Assembly (NCBI GenBank): GCA_043822305.1
Contig: JBDRBU010000009.1
Location: forward strand, 1 to 19,661
Length of the DNA stretch: 19,661 nt
Origin: Candidatus Firestoneibacteriota bacterium
GTDB taxonomy: Bacteria; Oederibacteriota; D2-FULL-39-29; JBDRBU01
Direction: 5' to 3'
Positions within the stretch are counted from its first letter, which is position 1; the number at the start of each line of letters is the position of its first letter. The notes beneath the pieces are model-generated. The model worked only from the letters and a program-made list of their open reading frames with translations. It did not search any database and was not told where the DNA came from. Both the position numbers and the translations under genes were made by a program. Below, in pieces: positions 1 through 8,112 of the stretch.

Positions 1-126
1 GAAGGAATTAACAATAAAATTAAACGGCTTAAACGAATGGCTTATGGGTATAGGGATGTCGAATATTTTAAACTAAAAATCCATCAACATTGCGGGCTGT
101 TAAATCCAAGGAGGTACCCACAATAA
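1..126 (+). CDS. ISL3-family transposase, C-terminal fragment (partial)
   Basis: Hand translation EGINNKIKRLKRMAYGYRDVEYFKLKIHQHCGLLNPRRYPQ*. EGxNNKIKxxKRxAYGYR is the conserved ISL3 motif after the catalytic Glu. Not in the ORF track. Confidence 0.9.
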   Translation, partial: EGINNKIKRLKRMAYGYRDVEYFKLKIHQHCGLLNPRRYPQ

Positions 127-139
127 ATACGAAAGAACC
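1..139 (+). mobile_element. ISL3-family insertion sequence, right (3') end, cut by the window edge
   Basis: Frame 1 encodes an ISL3 transposase C-terminus. The segment ends in GAAAGAACC (reverse complement GGTTCTTTC, ISL3-type terminus). Identity with the inverted copy at 19523-19661 stops exactly at base 139. Confidence 0.9.
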
Positions 140-568
140 GAAATTATTAGTTAAAAAGGTAAGGATTTTATCCGTTTCTTTGTCATAATAACGAATGAGT
201 CGAAGTTTTTTAGGATAATCTTTTTGTTGGTAGAAACCGTTTAAGGCAATAATTTCGTCAGAAATAATACCTTTTTTATTGTTTTCGGTATGCTGTCCGA
301 TAACTGAATAATTAAGGTTGTCCTTGGCTCTGGTAACGAAGAACGCTCTTTGATTATCAATAGAATAAAGCCATTTGAAGTCGATATAGGCTTTATCAAC
401 ACAATAAATGCTGTCTGGTAAAATAGCAAAAGAAGATTTGGCTACTGTAATTTCATGTTGTTTTCCATCTGTAATGACAGCAAATGTTGGTATATGCCCA
501 CTATGGTCAAATTGGCAGTGCATTTTGATAGCACCTTTGGTAGTACGGAATTTAGCCCAGTTGAAAGT
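140..568 (-). pseudogene. IS4-family DDE transposase fragment (DDE_Tnp_1-like)
   Basis: Motifs FNWAKFRTTKGAIKMH, ITDGKQHE, VDKAYIDF, FFVTRAKDN and LRLIRY..LTFLTNNF. The N-terminus with the first catalytic Asp and the C-terminal YxxRWxIE motif are missing. Confidence 0.85.
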
Positions 569-608
569 CCTCCTTATTGGATTTGCGATTTTAACGGATC
601 GCTCTTCC

Positions 609-637
609 ATTCTACATTAAGTGAGGACTTTTTTCAA
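609..637 (-). promoter_or_regulatory. sigma70-type promoter of the IS4 transposase
   Basis: TTGAAA (637-632), 17 bp spacer, TAGAAT (614-609). Confidence 0.6.
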
Positions 638-638
638 A

Positions 639-1301
639 TTATTTAGCGGACAGATGTGCTTTTACATTATTATAAAAAGAGTTCTCATCAGTCGTTTTAT
701 GTACACTGTCCTGAAGTGAATCGTATAAATCCTGTTCAATACTATTAGGATTAAAAGAGGTCAAAGGAACAGAAGAAGTCTTTAAATCCCTTAAGAGTTC
801 TTCTTTCTTTTCTTTTTGTAATTTAATAAGAGAATCATGGATATCTTTTCTAAAGGCGAGATTAAATTGTCTTATTCCTTCACATAAGACTTTTGTTTCA
901 AATTCTTTGTTTGGCTTTATTTGTCCTAATGTATCCTGAGTTTTTCCTTCACCTGATACAATTAGCTTATCACTTTCGGTCTTTTTTAACTTACTTCTGG
1001 TAAGTTCAATGCACTTCTTCAGAAAATCCAGATTATAGTGTGAATCGAGCCTTTGAAAAAGTTCTTTCTTAAAATCATCCTCATCAATAGATACAGAGTA
1101 TTCGCCCTTTTTAACTGAGATATCTAAAACTCCTTTTTCCTTGATGGAATCCAATACCTTTTTCTGGAAGTCGGGAAACACAGATAGCTCTGCAGTAAAT
1201 GAATCATCAGTCCATTTATAACCGATTTTTGTGTCAAACCTGAATCGGGTCTCTGTATAGGTGGCAAAGTAATTTAGAATACTCTTTGTGAATTTTTCCA
1301 T
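639..1301 (-). pseudogene. Hypothetical protein, probably the N-terminal part of a longer gene truncated by IS4
   Basis: AAGGAG RBS and a 220-codon ORF whose last codons and stop lie inside the inferred IS4 end. No catalytic motif recognised. Confidence 0.55.
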
Positions 1302-1366
1302 AATTTCTACTCCTTTGTCTCTACCGACTTATTATTTTTCATCATGATTATCTTTTTGTTCTCGGT

Positions 1367-2684
1367 TTACAGTTTATTCCTTATCTTATCCAAATATTCC
1401 TTTATCTTTGCTTCATATCCTTGATTAGTCGGCTCATAGTATTTTTTCTTCTCTGGTATATAATCCTGTTTTACATAATGTTCTTTATAATCATGAGCAT
1501 ATTTATATCCAACCCCATGTCCTAAATTTTTAGCCCCTTTATAACCATTTTCTCTAAGATACTTTGGAGTTTCTAATGTCTTTTTATTTTCTACATCTTC
1601 CATTGCTTTATTTATTGCTAATAAAGAAGCATTACTTTTTGGAGCACATGCCACATAAATAACTGCCTGGGCTAAAGGAATCTTTGCCTCTGGCATACCA
1701 ATAAATTCGGCAACCTGAAATGCTGTATTAGCCACAACTAATGCTTGTGGATCAGCATTCCCAACATCTTCTGAAGCACAAATTACAATCCTTCTTGCAA
1801 TAAATCTTGGATCCTCACCAGCACATATCATCTTGGCTAAATAGTATAATGCTGCATCAGGGTCAGAACCTCTCATGCTTTTTATAAAAGCAGAGATAGT
1901 ATTATAATGCTCATCCTCATTACTATCATAAACAATCTTTTTTTTCTGAATTGAATCTTCTGCAACTTTTTATATCAAACTGTATAATTCCATCTTTATC
2001 CAGATTAGAAGTTAAAACACCAACTTCAAGAGCATTAAGTGCAATCCTTGCATCTCCATCCGCAAATCTTATTATATGACTTAAAGCATTCTCAGAAATA
2101 TTTATATTAAAATTACCTAATCCCCTTTCTTTATCTGAAATTGCATTTAATAAAATCTTTTTTAAATCCTCATTAGATAAAGGTTCAAACTGAACAACTA
2201 ATGAACGAGAAATTAAGGCTGGATTTATATAAAAATACGGATTCTGCGTTGTTGCACCAATCAAAATTATATTTCCGTTTTCAACATCTGGAAGCAATGC
2301 ATCTTGTTGTAATTTATTAAACCTATGAATCTCATCTATAAATAATATTGTTCTTTTTTTTAAAGCAATTAATCTTTCTTTTGCAGATGAAATAACTTTT
2401 CTAATGTCTTCTACACCAGATAAAACAGCATTTATCTCTACAAAACAAGAAGAGGTCTTATTGGCTATAACATTGGCTAAAACATTTTTACCTACACCAG
2501 GTGGGCCATATAATATAAGCGAAGAGATTCTATCTGATTCAATTGCCCGTCTAAGTAATTTACCTTTCCCTAAAATTTTCTCCTGACCTACAAACCCATC
2601 TAAATTGGATGGACACATCCGTCTTGCAAGTGGAGTTTTCTTTAAATCTTTTTCAATCTGTTCTTCACCAAACAATTCTGACAT
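1367..2684 (-). pseudogene. rarA: Replication-associated recombination protein A (RarA/MgsA AAA+ ATPase), split by a 1-nt frameshift
   Basis: 5' ORF has LYGPPGVGK, LFIDEIHRFNKLQQDALLP, LIGATTQNP and GDAR. 3' ORF has MRGSDPDAALYY, ASEDVGNADP, IGMPE and APKSN. Removing one T from the run at 1967-1971 restores DIKVAEDSIQKKKIVYDSNEDEHYNTISAFIKSMRGSDPD. The frameshift may be a sequence error. Confidence 0.9.
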
Positions 2685-2690
2685 TTCTTC

Positions 2691-2752
2691 ACTTTTTTAC
2701 TTTCCCCACTTCCCTTACTTTCTTTACTTTCCCTACTTTATCCACTTCCCTT
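2691..2752. repeat. Degenerate 9-bp tandem repeat (ACTTnnnnn, 7 units) directly upstream of rarA
   Basis: Units: ACTTTTTT, ACTTTCCCC, ACTTCCCTT, ACTTTCTTT, ACTTTCCCT, ACTTTATCC, ACTTCCCTT. Confidence 0.85.
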
Positions 2753-2755
2753 AAA

Positions 2756-2937
2756 AACACCCCGCTCATACCGTGTGACCCGTATTTTTGTACCTTTTTA
2801 ATTAAGTGGGTACCTTATTAAATACTTAGGCTCTCCCACCCAAAGGCAGGATATGCACACCATATTTAAAATCAGGCCCCCGCTAAAAAGGCGTTGGTGC
2901 AAAAATAATCAAGTCATCACAAATAGAGCAGGGCATC
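2756..2937 (-). ncRNA. ssrS: 6S RNA
   Basis: About 182 nt, GC-richer than its flanks. The termini pair (GAUGCCCUGCUC / GAGCGGGGUGUU with G-U pairs). Internal blocks GGGGGCC, AUGGUGUGC, GGUACCCAC, GGUACAAAA and CACGGUA follow the order of conserved blocks in Bacillus-type 6S RNA. Lies just upstream of rarA, a known 6S neighbour. Confidence 0.8.
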
Positions 2938-2943
2938 AATTTT

Positions 2944-3468
2944 TTAGAAATAATAATAAAATCCTAAATTACCTGTTGTTCCTGCACAATGTGAAAAAGA
3001 AAATGCAGATGCTGGACTAACTTGTAAATAAAAAAGCACTCCTACACCTAAACCTAAACTTAAATTCTTAGATACAAAATATTCAACCCCTAACACTGAT
3101 GCCCAGTTTAGATTCGTGGCTGCACCTGCATCAAAACCCGTTGAACCTCTAAATTGTAATAGTATTGGTTCTCTTGATGTTAATACTAAATTAAAACCTA
3201 AATTTGTACCAAAATTCTGAATATTAGCACCTGTTGCAACTCCAAAACCCACATCTATCGCTGTTGTATCACCAAGCCAATATTTAAAACCAATCGGGGT
3301 TCCACTATTAGTATAACCAAATCCTAATTTTCCTGCCATTTTCATACCAGTATAAGAAACATTGGATTCCTCAACCTCTATAACTTTTTTCACCTTATCA
3401 GCACTACTAAATGAAACAAAACATAGAACAAAAACTAAACCACATAAAATAACTCCAAACTTTCTCAT
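2944..3468 (-). CDS. Small outer-membrane beta-barrel protein
   Basis: Signal peptide, Gly/aromatic-rich alternating strands (GVEYFVSKNLSLG), C-terminal GFYYYF, AGGAGG RBS. Confidence 0.75.
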   Translation of the reverse strand: MRKFGVILCGLVFVLCFVSFSSADKVKKVIEVEESNVSYTGMKMAGKLGFGYTNSGTPIGFKYWLGDTTAIDVGFGVATGANIQNFGTNLGFNLVLTSREPILLQFRGSTGFDAGAATNLNWASVLGVEYFVSKNLSLGLGVGVLFYLQVSPASAFSFSHCAGTTGNLGFYYYF

Positions 3469-3492
3469 TATCCTAACCTCCTTTTTAATTTT

Positions 3493-4062
3493 TTATTGAA
3501 CTATTATACTTCCATAACCTTGTCCTATTATTGAGGAACTACTATAAAGGTGAATATATACACTATATGTACCTTTAGCTAAACTTTGCGCAGAATTATA
3601 TTCAGTACTACCACTTGGAGCAACTCCATATGTAACAGATTTTATGCTTGAAGAAAAATCCAAACACCACATTACCTTACTATTGGCAGTAACATAAACT
3701 TCAACTAAATTACCTGATACACCTGTATAATTCCATGAAATAGTTGGAATAGTACCTTGAGATATTGTAATACTTCCACTATCAGATGATTGCGACGGAG
3801 TCTTTACAGTAATATTTAAAGGACCACCTGTATTGGGTGATGGCGTCGTTGTAGTAGTTGTCGTCCCTGTTCCGGTTCCACAACCACTATTTCCACCATT
3901 ATTTACTGAATCACAACTACCTGAATCAACACCAGATTTATTACCACCATTAACTTGATTTAAGCCCCCAGAACTAACTGGGAACAAAGGATTCAAACTT
4001 GGACAACCAGAACCATTAAATAAAAATAACACTATAAGTAAAAATACAATCTTTTTTATCAT
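3493..4062 (-). CDS. Putative lipoprotein with Gly/Ser/Thr-rich linker and beta-rich C-terminal domain
   Basis: Basic plus hydrophobic leader ending GSG-C, poly-Thr/Pro linker, AGGAGG RBS. Confidence 0.65.
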   Translation of the reverse strand: MIKKIVFLLIVLFLFNGSGCPSLNPLFPVSSGGLNQVNGGNKSGVDSGSCDSVNNGGNSGCGTGTGTTTTTTTPSPNTGGPLNITVKTPSQSSDSGSITISQGTIPTISWNYTGVSGNLVEVYVTANSKVMWCLDFSSSIKSVTYGVAPSGSTEYNSAQSLAKGTYSVYIHLYSSSSIIGQGYGSIIVQ

Positions 4063-4077
4063 TTTTCCACCTCCTTT

Positions 4078-5115
4078 CTATTTTAGATTTTTTTCAGCAA
4101 TTGCATCCATTACTTCATCCACACTAATTAAATTAAAACATTCATATTTGTCTCTGGTTCTTTTACATTTTCTTTTATAGCATGGATTACAATCAATTTG
4201 TTCATACAAAACTACACTCTCCTCATTCAATGGAAAAGTCCATAAAAGATTAGTGGACCCAAAAATTGCAATCACTGGTATTTTCAAAGATGCCGCTATA
4301 TGCATCGGACCTGTATCATTTGAGATAAATAATTTACAACAACTTATCAACGCAGAACTTTCTAATATATTACCTTCACTGATTAATATTTTATCATTTA
4401 AATTAACTTTTTGCAATAAAAAATTCATTAATTCTTTTTCTTCGGCACTTCCTATTATAATAATTTTCGCATTATATGTTTTTATAACTTTTGTTATTAA
4501 ATCTGCATATCTTTCTTTAAACCACATTTTAGCCGGTCCAAAAGTTGCACCAGGACAAATTCCCACAATAAAGTCTTTATCAGAAAATCCTTTATCTTTA
4601 AGTAAATCCAACATTTTATTTCTAATATTATCAGGGATAAAAAATTCAAGTAATTTATCTTTAATTTCTAAATCTATAAATCTGATTATGTCAAAATATT
4701 CTTCCAATAAATATTTTTCTCTGAACTTTTCAGGGAGAGGAACTTTATGTGTTAAAAAAACCCCTCTTAATTCAGTAGGATATCCAACTCTATACTTAAC
4801 ATTTAAAAGACACATCTTTAATGCAGAAGAAAATGAAGTAGGAAAAATAATTCCAAGGTCAAATTTCTGATTTTTTATCTCACTTTTTTCATCTTTTACT
4901 TTCCCTACTTCTCCCACTTTCTCCATATACACCTTATTTACATATGGCACATTTTCCCATATGGAAACTAAACTTTCTTTTACAATTATGCCAATAAAAG
5001 CATCTGGAAAATTCTCTCTTATGGTTCTAACAACAGGAATAGTAATAACAGAATCGCCTATCCAGTTAACTCCTCTTATTAAAATTTTTTTTATTTCTTT
5101 CTTGTTAATTCCCAT
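4078..5115 (-). CDS. waaF: Lipopolysaccharide heptosyltransferase II (GT9)
   Basis: ILIRGVNWIGD, GICPGATFGPAKMW, ISNDTGPMHIAASLKIPVIAIFGST, C-terminal CNPC..C..C. Confidence 0.88.
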   Translation of the reverse strand: MGINKKEIKKILIRGVNWIGDSVITIPVVRTIRENFPDAFIGIIVKESLVSIWENVPYVNKVYMEKVGEVGKVKDEKSEIKNQKFDLGIIFPTSFSSALKMCLLNVKYRVGYPTELRGVFLTHKVPLPEKFREKYLLEEYFDIIRFIDLEIKDKLLEFFIPDNIRNKMLDLLKDKGFSDKDFIVGICPGATFGPAKMWFKERYADLITKVIKTYNAKIIIIGSAEEKELMNFLLQKVNLNDKILISEGNILESSALISCCKLFISNDTGPMHIAASLKIPVIAIFGSTNLLWTFPLNEESVVLYEQIDCNPCYKRKCKRTRDKYECFNLISVDEVMDAIAEKNLK

Positions 5116-5837
5116 AGTTTAGAATATTTTACAAAATTATAAAAAGAACTTAAAAAACAAACTACAAAACCAGAAAATCCATCCAAAAATCCTAATTTTA
5201 AAAAATACATTTTAAAAAATGTAAAAAATGGATTTAACATTAAATTAATAAAACAACCTTTTTTATCCTCCTTATACATCTCATTAGCCGACAAAGTAGT
5301 ATATTTATTAAATCTCTGAAAATACTGATTTAAATCTTTATATGGAAAGTGCAACAAATTGCTCTTTAGATAACCAATTCGCCCATTTAATTTCACATGC
5401 TCATGCACTAATTTATTTTCATCAAATCTCCCCTTACTTCTTTTAAATAATCTAAGTTGATAATCCGGATACCATCCGCAATGCTTAATCCATTTATTTA
5501 GAAAATATACTTTTCGTGATATAAAAAACCCATCAAATTTAGTATTCTTTATAACCCTAATAATTTCTCTTTTTAATTTATCACTAACTATTTCATCTGA
5601 ATCTATACTTAAAATCCATTCGTTTTTTGCTTTTGATATACCAAAATTTTTATCTTTTGAATATCCCCTCCATTTGTGTATGTAAATTTTGTCAGTATAT
5701 TTTTTAACAATATCTAATGTTTTATCTTTACTCCCTGAATCAACAATTATAATTTCATCTGCCCATTTTACAGATTCTAAACATTTTTTAATATTATTCT
5801 GTTCATTATATGTAATTATGATTACTGAAATACCCAT
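5091..5837 (-). CDS. GT2 glycosyltransferase (KdtX/WaaE/LgtF-like LPS glucosyltransferase)
   Basis: ISVIIITYNEQ, IIVDSGSKDKT, WILSIDSDE, GWYPDYQLRLF, VHE. Overlaps the waaF start. Confidence 0.9.
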   Translation of the reverse strand: MGISVIIITYNEQNNIKKCLESVKWADEIIIVDSGSKDKTLDIVKKYTDKIYIHKWRGYSKDKNFGISKAKNEWILSIDSDEIVSDKLKREIIRVIKNTKFDGFFISRKVYFLNKWIKHCGWYPDYQLRLFKRSKGRFDENKLVHEHVKLNGRIGYLKSNLLHFPYKDLNQYFQRFNKYTTLSANEMYKEDKKGCFINLMLNPFFTFFKMYFLKLGFLDGFSGFVVCFLSSFYNFVKYSKLWELTRKK

Positions 5838-5845
5838 GATTATTT

Positions 5846-5874
5846 ATCTTATCAAACTTTAAAAGTATTTTCAA
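5846..5874 (-). promoter_or_regulatory. sigma70-type promoter for the GT2-waaF operon
   Basis: TTGAAA, 17 bp spacer ending TGA, TAAGAT. ATG follows 8 nt later. Confidence 0.5.
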
Positions 5875-5883
5875 TTTAAATAA

Positions 5884-5912
5884 TTGACTTATTAAAAAAT
5901 AAATGTTATAAC
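5884..5912 (+). promoter_or_regulatory. sigma70-type promoter for the CsgG-like gene
   Basis: TTGACT, 17 bp spacer ending TGT, TATAAC. A TATAAT also lies at 5913-5918. Confidence 0.5.
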
Positions 5913-5925
5913 TATAATCAAAATT

Positions 5926-5947
5926 TAGTGCAGGGTCTTTAGACCCT
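5926..5947 (+). repeat. Degenerate GTAG-type REP-like palindrome
   Basis: TAGTGC-AGGGTCT-TT-AGACCCT; similar in layout to GTAGCCGCAGGCTCTTTAG at 7896. Confidence 0.4.
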
Positions 5948-5970
5948 TAAAAAATCAAACAGGAGGCAAC

Positions 5971-7434
5971 ATGTATATAATATTATTTTTAATAGCTTTT
6001 TTAGTTTCATCTGTAAATGCTAGTGAAAAAATTTCAATGGCCGTCTATGATTTTGAAGCAAGTCAAGTAGTTCAAACACTGGCAGATTCAGTAGCAGATT
6101 TCGTTCAATCTGGTTTATATGACGCTGGACGATTCAATATAATTGAAAGAAAAAATGTTCAAAAAATTCTTAAAGAACAGCAGTTTCAAAAGACAGGCTG
6201 TACCACTACAGAATGTGCAGTAGAGGTAGGTCGTTTACTTAATGTGAGCAACATAGTAACAGGTAGAGTCTCTCGTACAGGTAAAACAATCGTTATATCA
6301 ATGCAGTTAATTGATGTAGAAGCAGGTAAAGTTATTTTAACTGATAAAGTAGAAACTGATTCTGAAGATTTATTAAATACTGCATCAACAGAATTAGCAA
6401 AACATTTCAGTAAAGGAGTTTCTATTAAAGGAAAAGTATTAAAAATATTAAATGAAAATGAGATAATAATGAACTTAGGTATAGTGGATAATATAGAAAA
6501 GGACCAGCGACTTACTATAGAAAGAATAACTGAATCAGTAAAGGATGATACAGGAAAAATCGTATATCAGATAAAAAAGAAAATAGCAACTGTAATACCT
6601 GATGAAATAATGGAAGAAGCATCAAAGGTAAAAGTTATCTCAAAAGAAGATATAATTAAAGAAGGAGATTTAATAGAAATAAAAAGGGAAAGATTAAAAC
6701 CTTTAGACCCAATATTAAAAAGGGGTGTTGTTAATAGTGAAACTACTCCATTATTAGTCTCACGAACTACTGCACCTAATGAAGAAATGGGTTATTGTGG
6801 ATTTTCTGCTTCAAGAGAAGAAACTAGTGATTTTTTTGTTAAAACAAAAGATACAAATGGAGTTCTTGTTTATGATGGAAAGATTGGAACAATAGCTCCT
6901 CATTGGTCTTATTGGATGAGTGTTGGAGGACCAGTAATTAGCAAAAATGATTTAAAATGGCTTTTGGATTTAGAATGTATTTTTGGGCTTAAACTCATAA
7001 GATTATACACTTTAAATGGTGTGGAATGGCAGGATTATATTTTTTTACTAATGCCTGTAGGATTAGGACTTAAATTTTATCCATTCACTCCTTTGTTAAA
7101 TCCAGACTATCTACAATTTAAAACGGCATCAGAACAAAGAGGATGGTTTGCTCCTTATATAACCATATGTGGAGATATTTATATGGGACTTTTTGATGCC
7201 AATACAAAAGACTACTATGAAGAATCTCAATTTCTCTTTAGTGTTGGAGCAGAAGCAAAAGCAGGTATAGAAATTGCAAATGTCCTTTTTGTTGAATTTA
7301 TATACAGATTTTTAACTACTATCAGTGATAAGTGGACATGGTATAATACTAACGGGTACAAGATTGGAACAAGTGATTATAATTTTAACCTTAATACTAC
7401 TGGTTTTGTATTTGGTCTTAAAATTCCATTTTAA
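5971..7434 (+). CDS. Exported protein: CsgG/HfaB-like N-terminal domain, FlgT-C-like middle domain, possible C-terminal beta-barrel
   Basis: Signal peptide; AVYDF..GRFNIIERKNVQKILKEQQFQKTGCTTTECAVEVGRLLNV..LIDVEAGKV; GKVLKI..IMNLGIVDNI; C-terminal amphipathic strands ending GLKIPF; AGGAGG RBS. Confidence 0.75.
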   Translation: MYIILFLIAFLVSSVNASEKISMAVYDFEASQVVQTLADSVADFVQSGLYDAGRFNIIERKNVQKILKEQQFQKTGCTTTECAVEVGRLLNVSNIVTGRVSRTGKTIVISMQLIDVEAGKVILTDKVETDSEDLLNTASTELAKHFSKGVSIKGKVLKILNENEIIMNLGIVDNIEKDQRLTIERITESVKDDTGKIVYQIKKKIATVIPDEIMEEASKVKVISKEDIIKEGDLIEIKRERLKPLDPILKRGVVNSETTPLLVSRTTAPNEEMGYCGFSASREETSDFFVKTKDTNGVLVYDGKIGTIAPHWSYWMSVGGPVISKNDLKWLLDLECIFGLKLIRLYTLNGVEWQDYIFLLMPVGLGLKFYPFTPLLNPDYLQFKTASEQRGWFAPYITICGDIYMGLFDANTKDYYEESQFLFSVGAEAKAGIEIANVLFVEFIYRFLTTISDKWTWYNTNGYKIGTSDYNFNLNTTGFVFGLKIPF

Positions 7435-7448
7435 TTTCAATTTGATTT

Positions 7449-7473
7449 ACCCTGTACCGATATGGTGCAGGGT
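7449..7473. repeat. Palindrome ACCCTGTACC-N5-GGTGCAGGGT (possible terminator or small repeat element)
   Basis: 10-bp stem just after the CsgG-like stop. Related arms recur at 7916-7946. Confidence 0.55.
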
Positions 7474-7492
7474 TCATCAGGTTTTTTGTATC

Positions 7493-7511
7493 GTCCCATT
7501 TCACATGGGAC
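7493..7511. terminator. Hairpin between convergent genes
   Basis: GTCCCAT-TTCAC-ATGGGAC, with no strong U-tract. Confidence 0.3.
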
Positions 7512-7529
7512 AATGAAATAGAATACTAT

Positions 7530-7874
7530 TTATTCTCTCTTTGCTTTCAAAGAGAATAACCATAATCTAATTCTATCTATCAAATTTATTTCAGTAAATT
7601 TAATACCATATGTAAAAGTAAAATCTACCTTAGCACTTCTAACAATCTTACTTTTGATTTTGTCAAAATATTGTCCATTTGGTAATGAAAACTTTATTAA
7701 AAACATATCATCAGTTTTAAGAGGTTCATTTGTTTCTACTCTCATTCCACCCAAGCTTAAATCAGTTATACATGCTTTTCCTATAATTTTTTTATCTGGA
7801 AGAGAAAAAAGTTCAGCCATTACAACAGCCGAAATACGAGTATATTTACGTCTTTTACTTTTTGTATATATCAT
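7530..7874 (-). CDS. Stand-alone PilZ domain protein (c-di-GMP receptor)
   Basis: RxxxR motif (RRKYTR), DxSxxG motif (DLSLGG), terminal YGIKF strand. Confidence 0.9.
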   Translation of the reverse strand: MIYTKSKRRKYTRISAVVMAELFSLPDKKIIGKACITDLSLGGMRVETNEPLKTDDMFLIKFSLPNGQYFDKIKSKIVRSAKVDFTFTYGIKFTEINLIDRIRLWLFSLKAKRE

Positions 7875-7895
7875 ATACTTTTTGTATCCACTTTT

Positions 7896-7953
7896 GTAGC
7901 CGCAGGCTCTTTAGTCCTGTACCCGAGTATAACGAGTGGTACAGGGTTTTGCG
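7896..7953. repeat. Composite REP-like palindrome downstream of tRNA-Phe
   Basis: GTAGCCGCAGGCTCTTTAG...TTTGCG encloses CCTGTACC-CGAGTATAACGAGT-GGTACAGG. Confidence 0.45.
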
Positions 7954-8000
7954 TATTTTATACAGGACGCTATAGTCTACTGTCTATACTTTGTTTTAGA

Positions 8001-8076
8001 TGGTGCCGAGAGGCAGAGTCGAACTGCCGACGCCAGGATTTTCAGTCCTGCGCTCTACCAACTGAGCTATCTCGGC
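8001..8076 (-). tRNA. tRNA-Phe(GAA)
   Basis: 76-nt cloverleaf GCCGAGA..TCTCGGC-ACCA; anticodon arm CAGGA-CTGAAAA-TCCTG; GTTCGA T-loop; CCA encoded. Confidence 0.97.
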
Positions 8077-8082
8077 ATTTAT

Positions 8083-8110
8083 GTAATTCGCAATCCGTAA
8101 TTCGTAATTA
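8083..8110. repeat. Heptamer tandem repeat (GTAATTC-like, 4 units)
   Basis: GTAATTC GCAATCC GTAATTC GTAATTA. Confidence 0.8.
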
Positions 8111-8112
8111 TG

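Larger units (their letters stand above)
140..658 (-). mobile_element. IS4-family element remnant: left end, promoter, RBS and internally deleted transposase, interrupted by ISL3 at 139/140
   Basis: The minus strand from 658 reads CACATCTGTCC (resembles CAnnnCTGTCC IS4-type termini), then a sigma70 promoter, an AAGGAGG RBS (569-575) and IS4 transposase sequence. The exact left end is inferred. Confidence 0.7.

Noticed and set aside
1..139. Terminal inverted repeats of a linear plasmid or phage
   Set aside because: The repeat encodes an ISL3 transposase C-terminus and IS end, and the interior holds ordinary chromosomal genes.
68..610. 180-aa ORF as an intact transposase
   Set aside because: The first 14 or so residues come from the IS leader and the last 23 or so from the antisense ISL3 end. 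Catalytic motifs are missing.
2691..2752. CRISPR array (also considered for the heptamer arrays)
   Set aside because: Units are 7-9 bp with no spacers, and there are no cas genes in the window.
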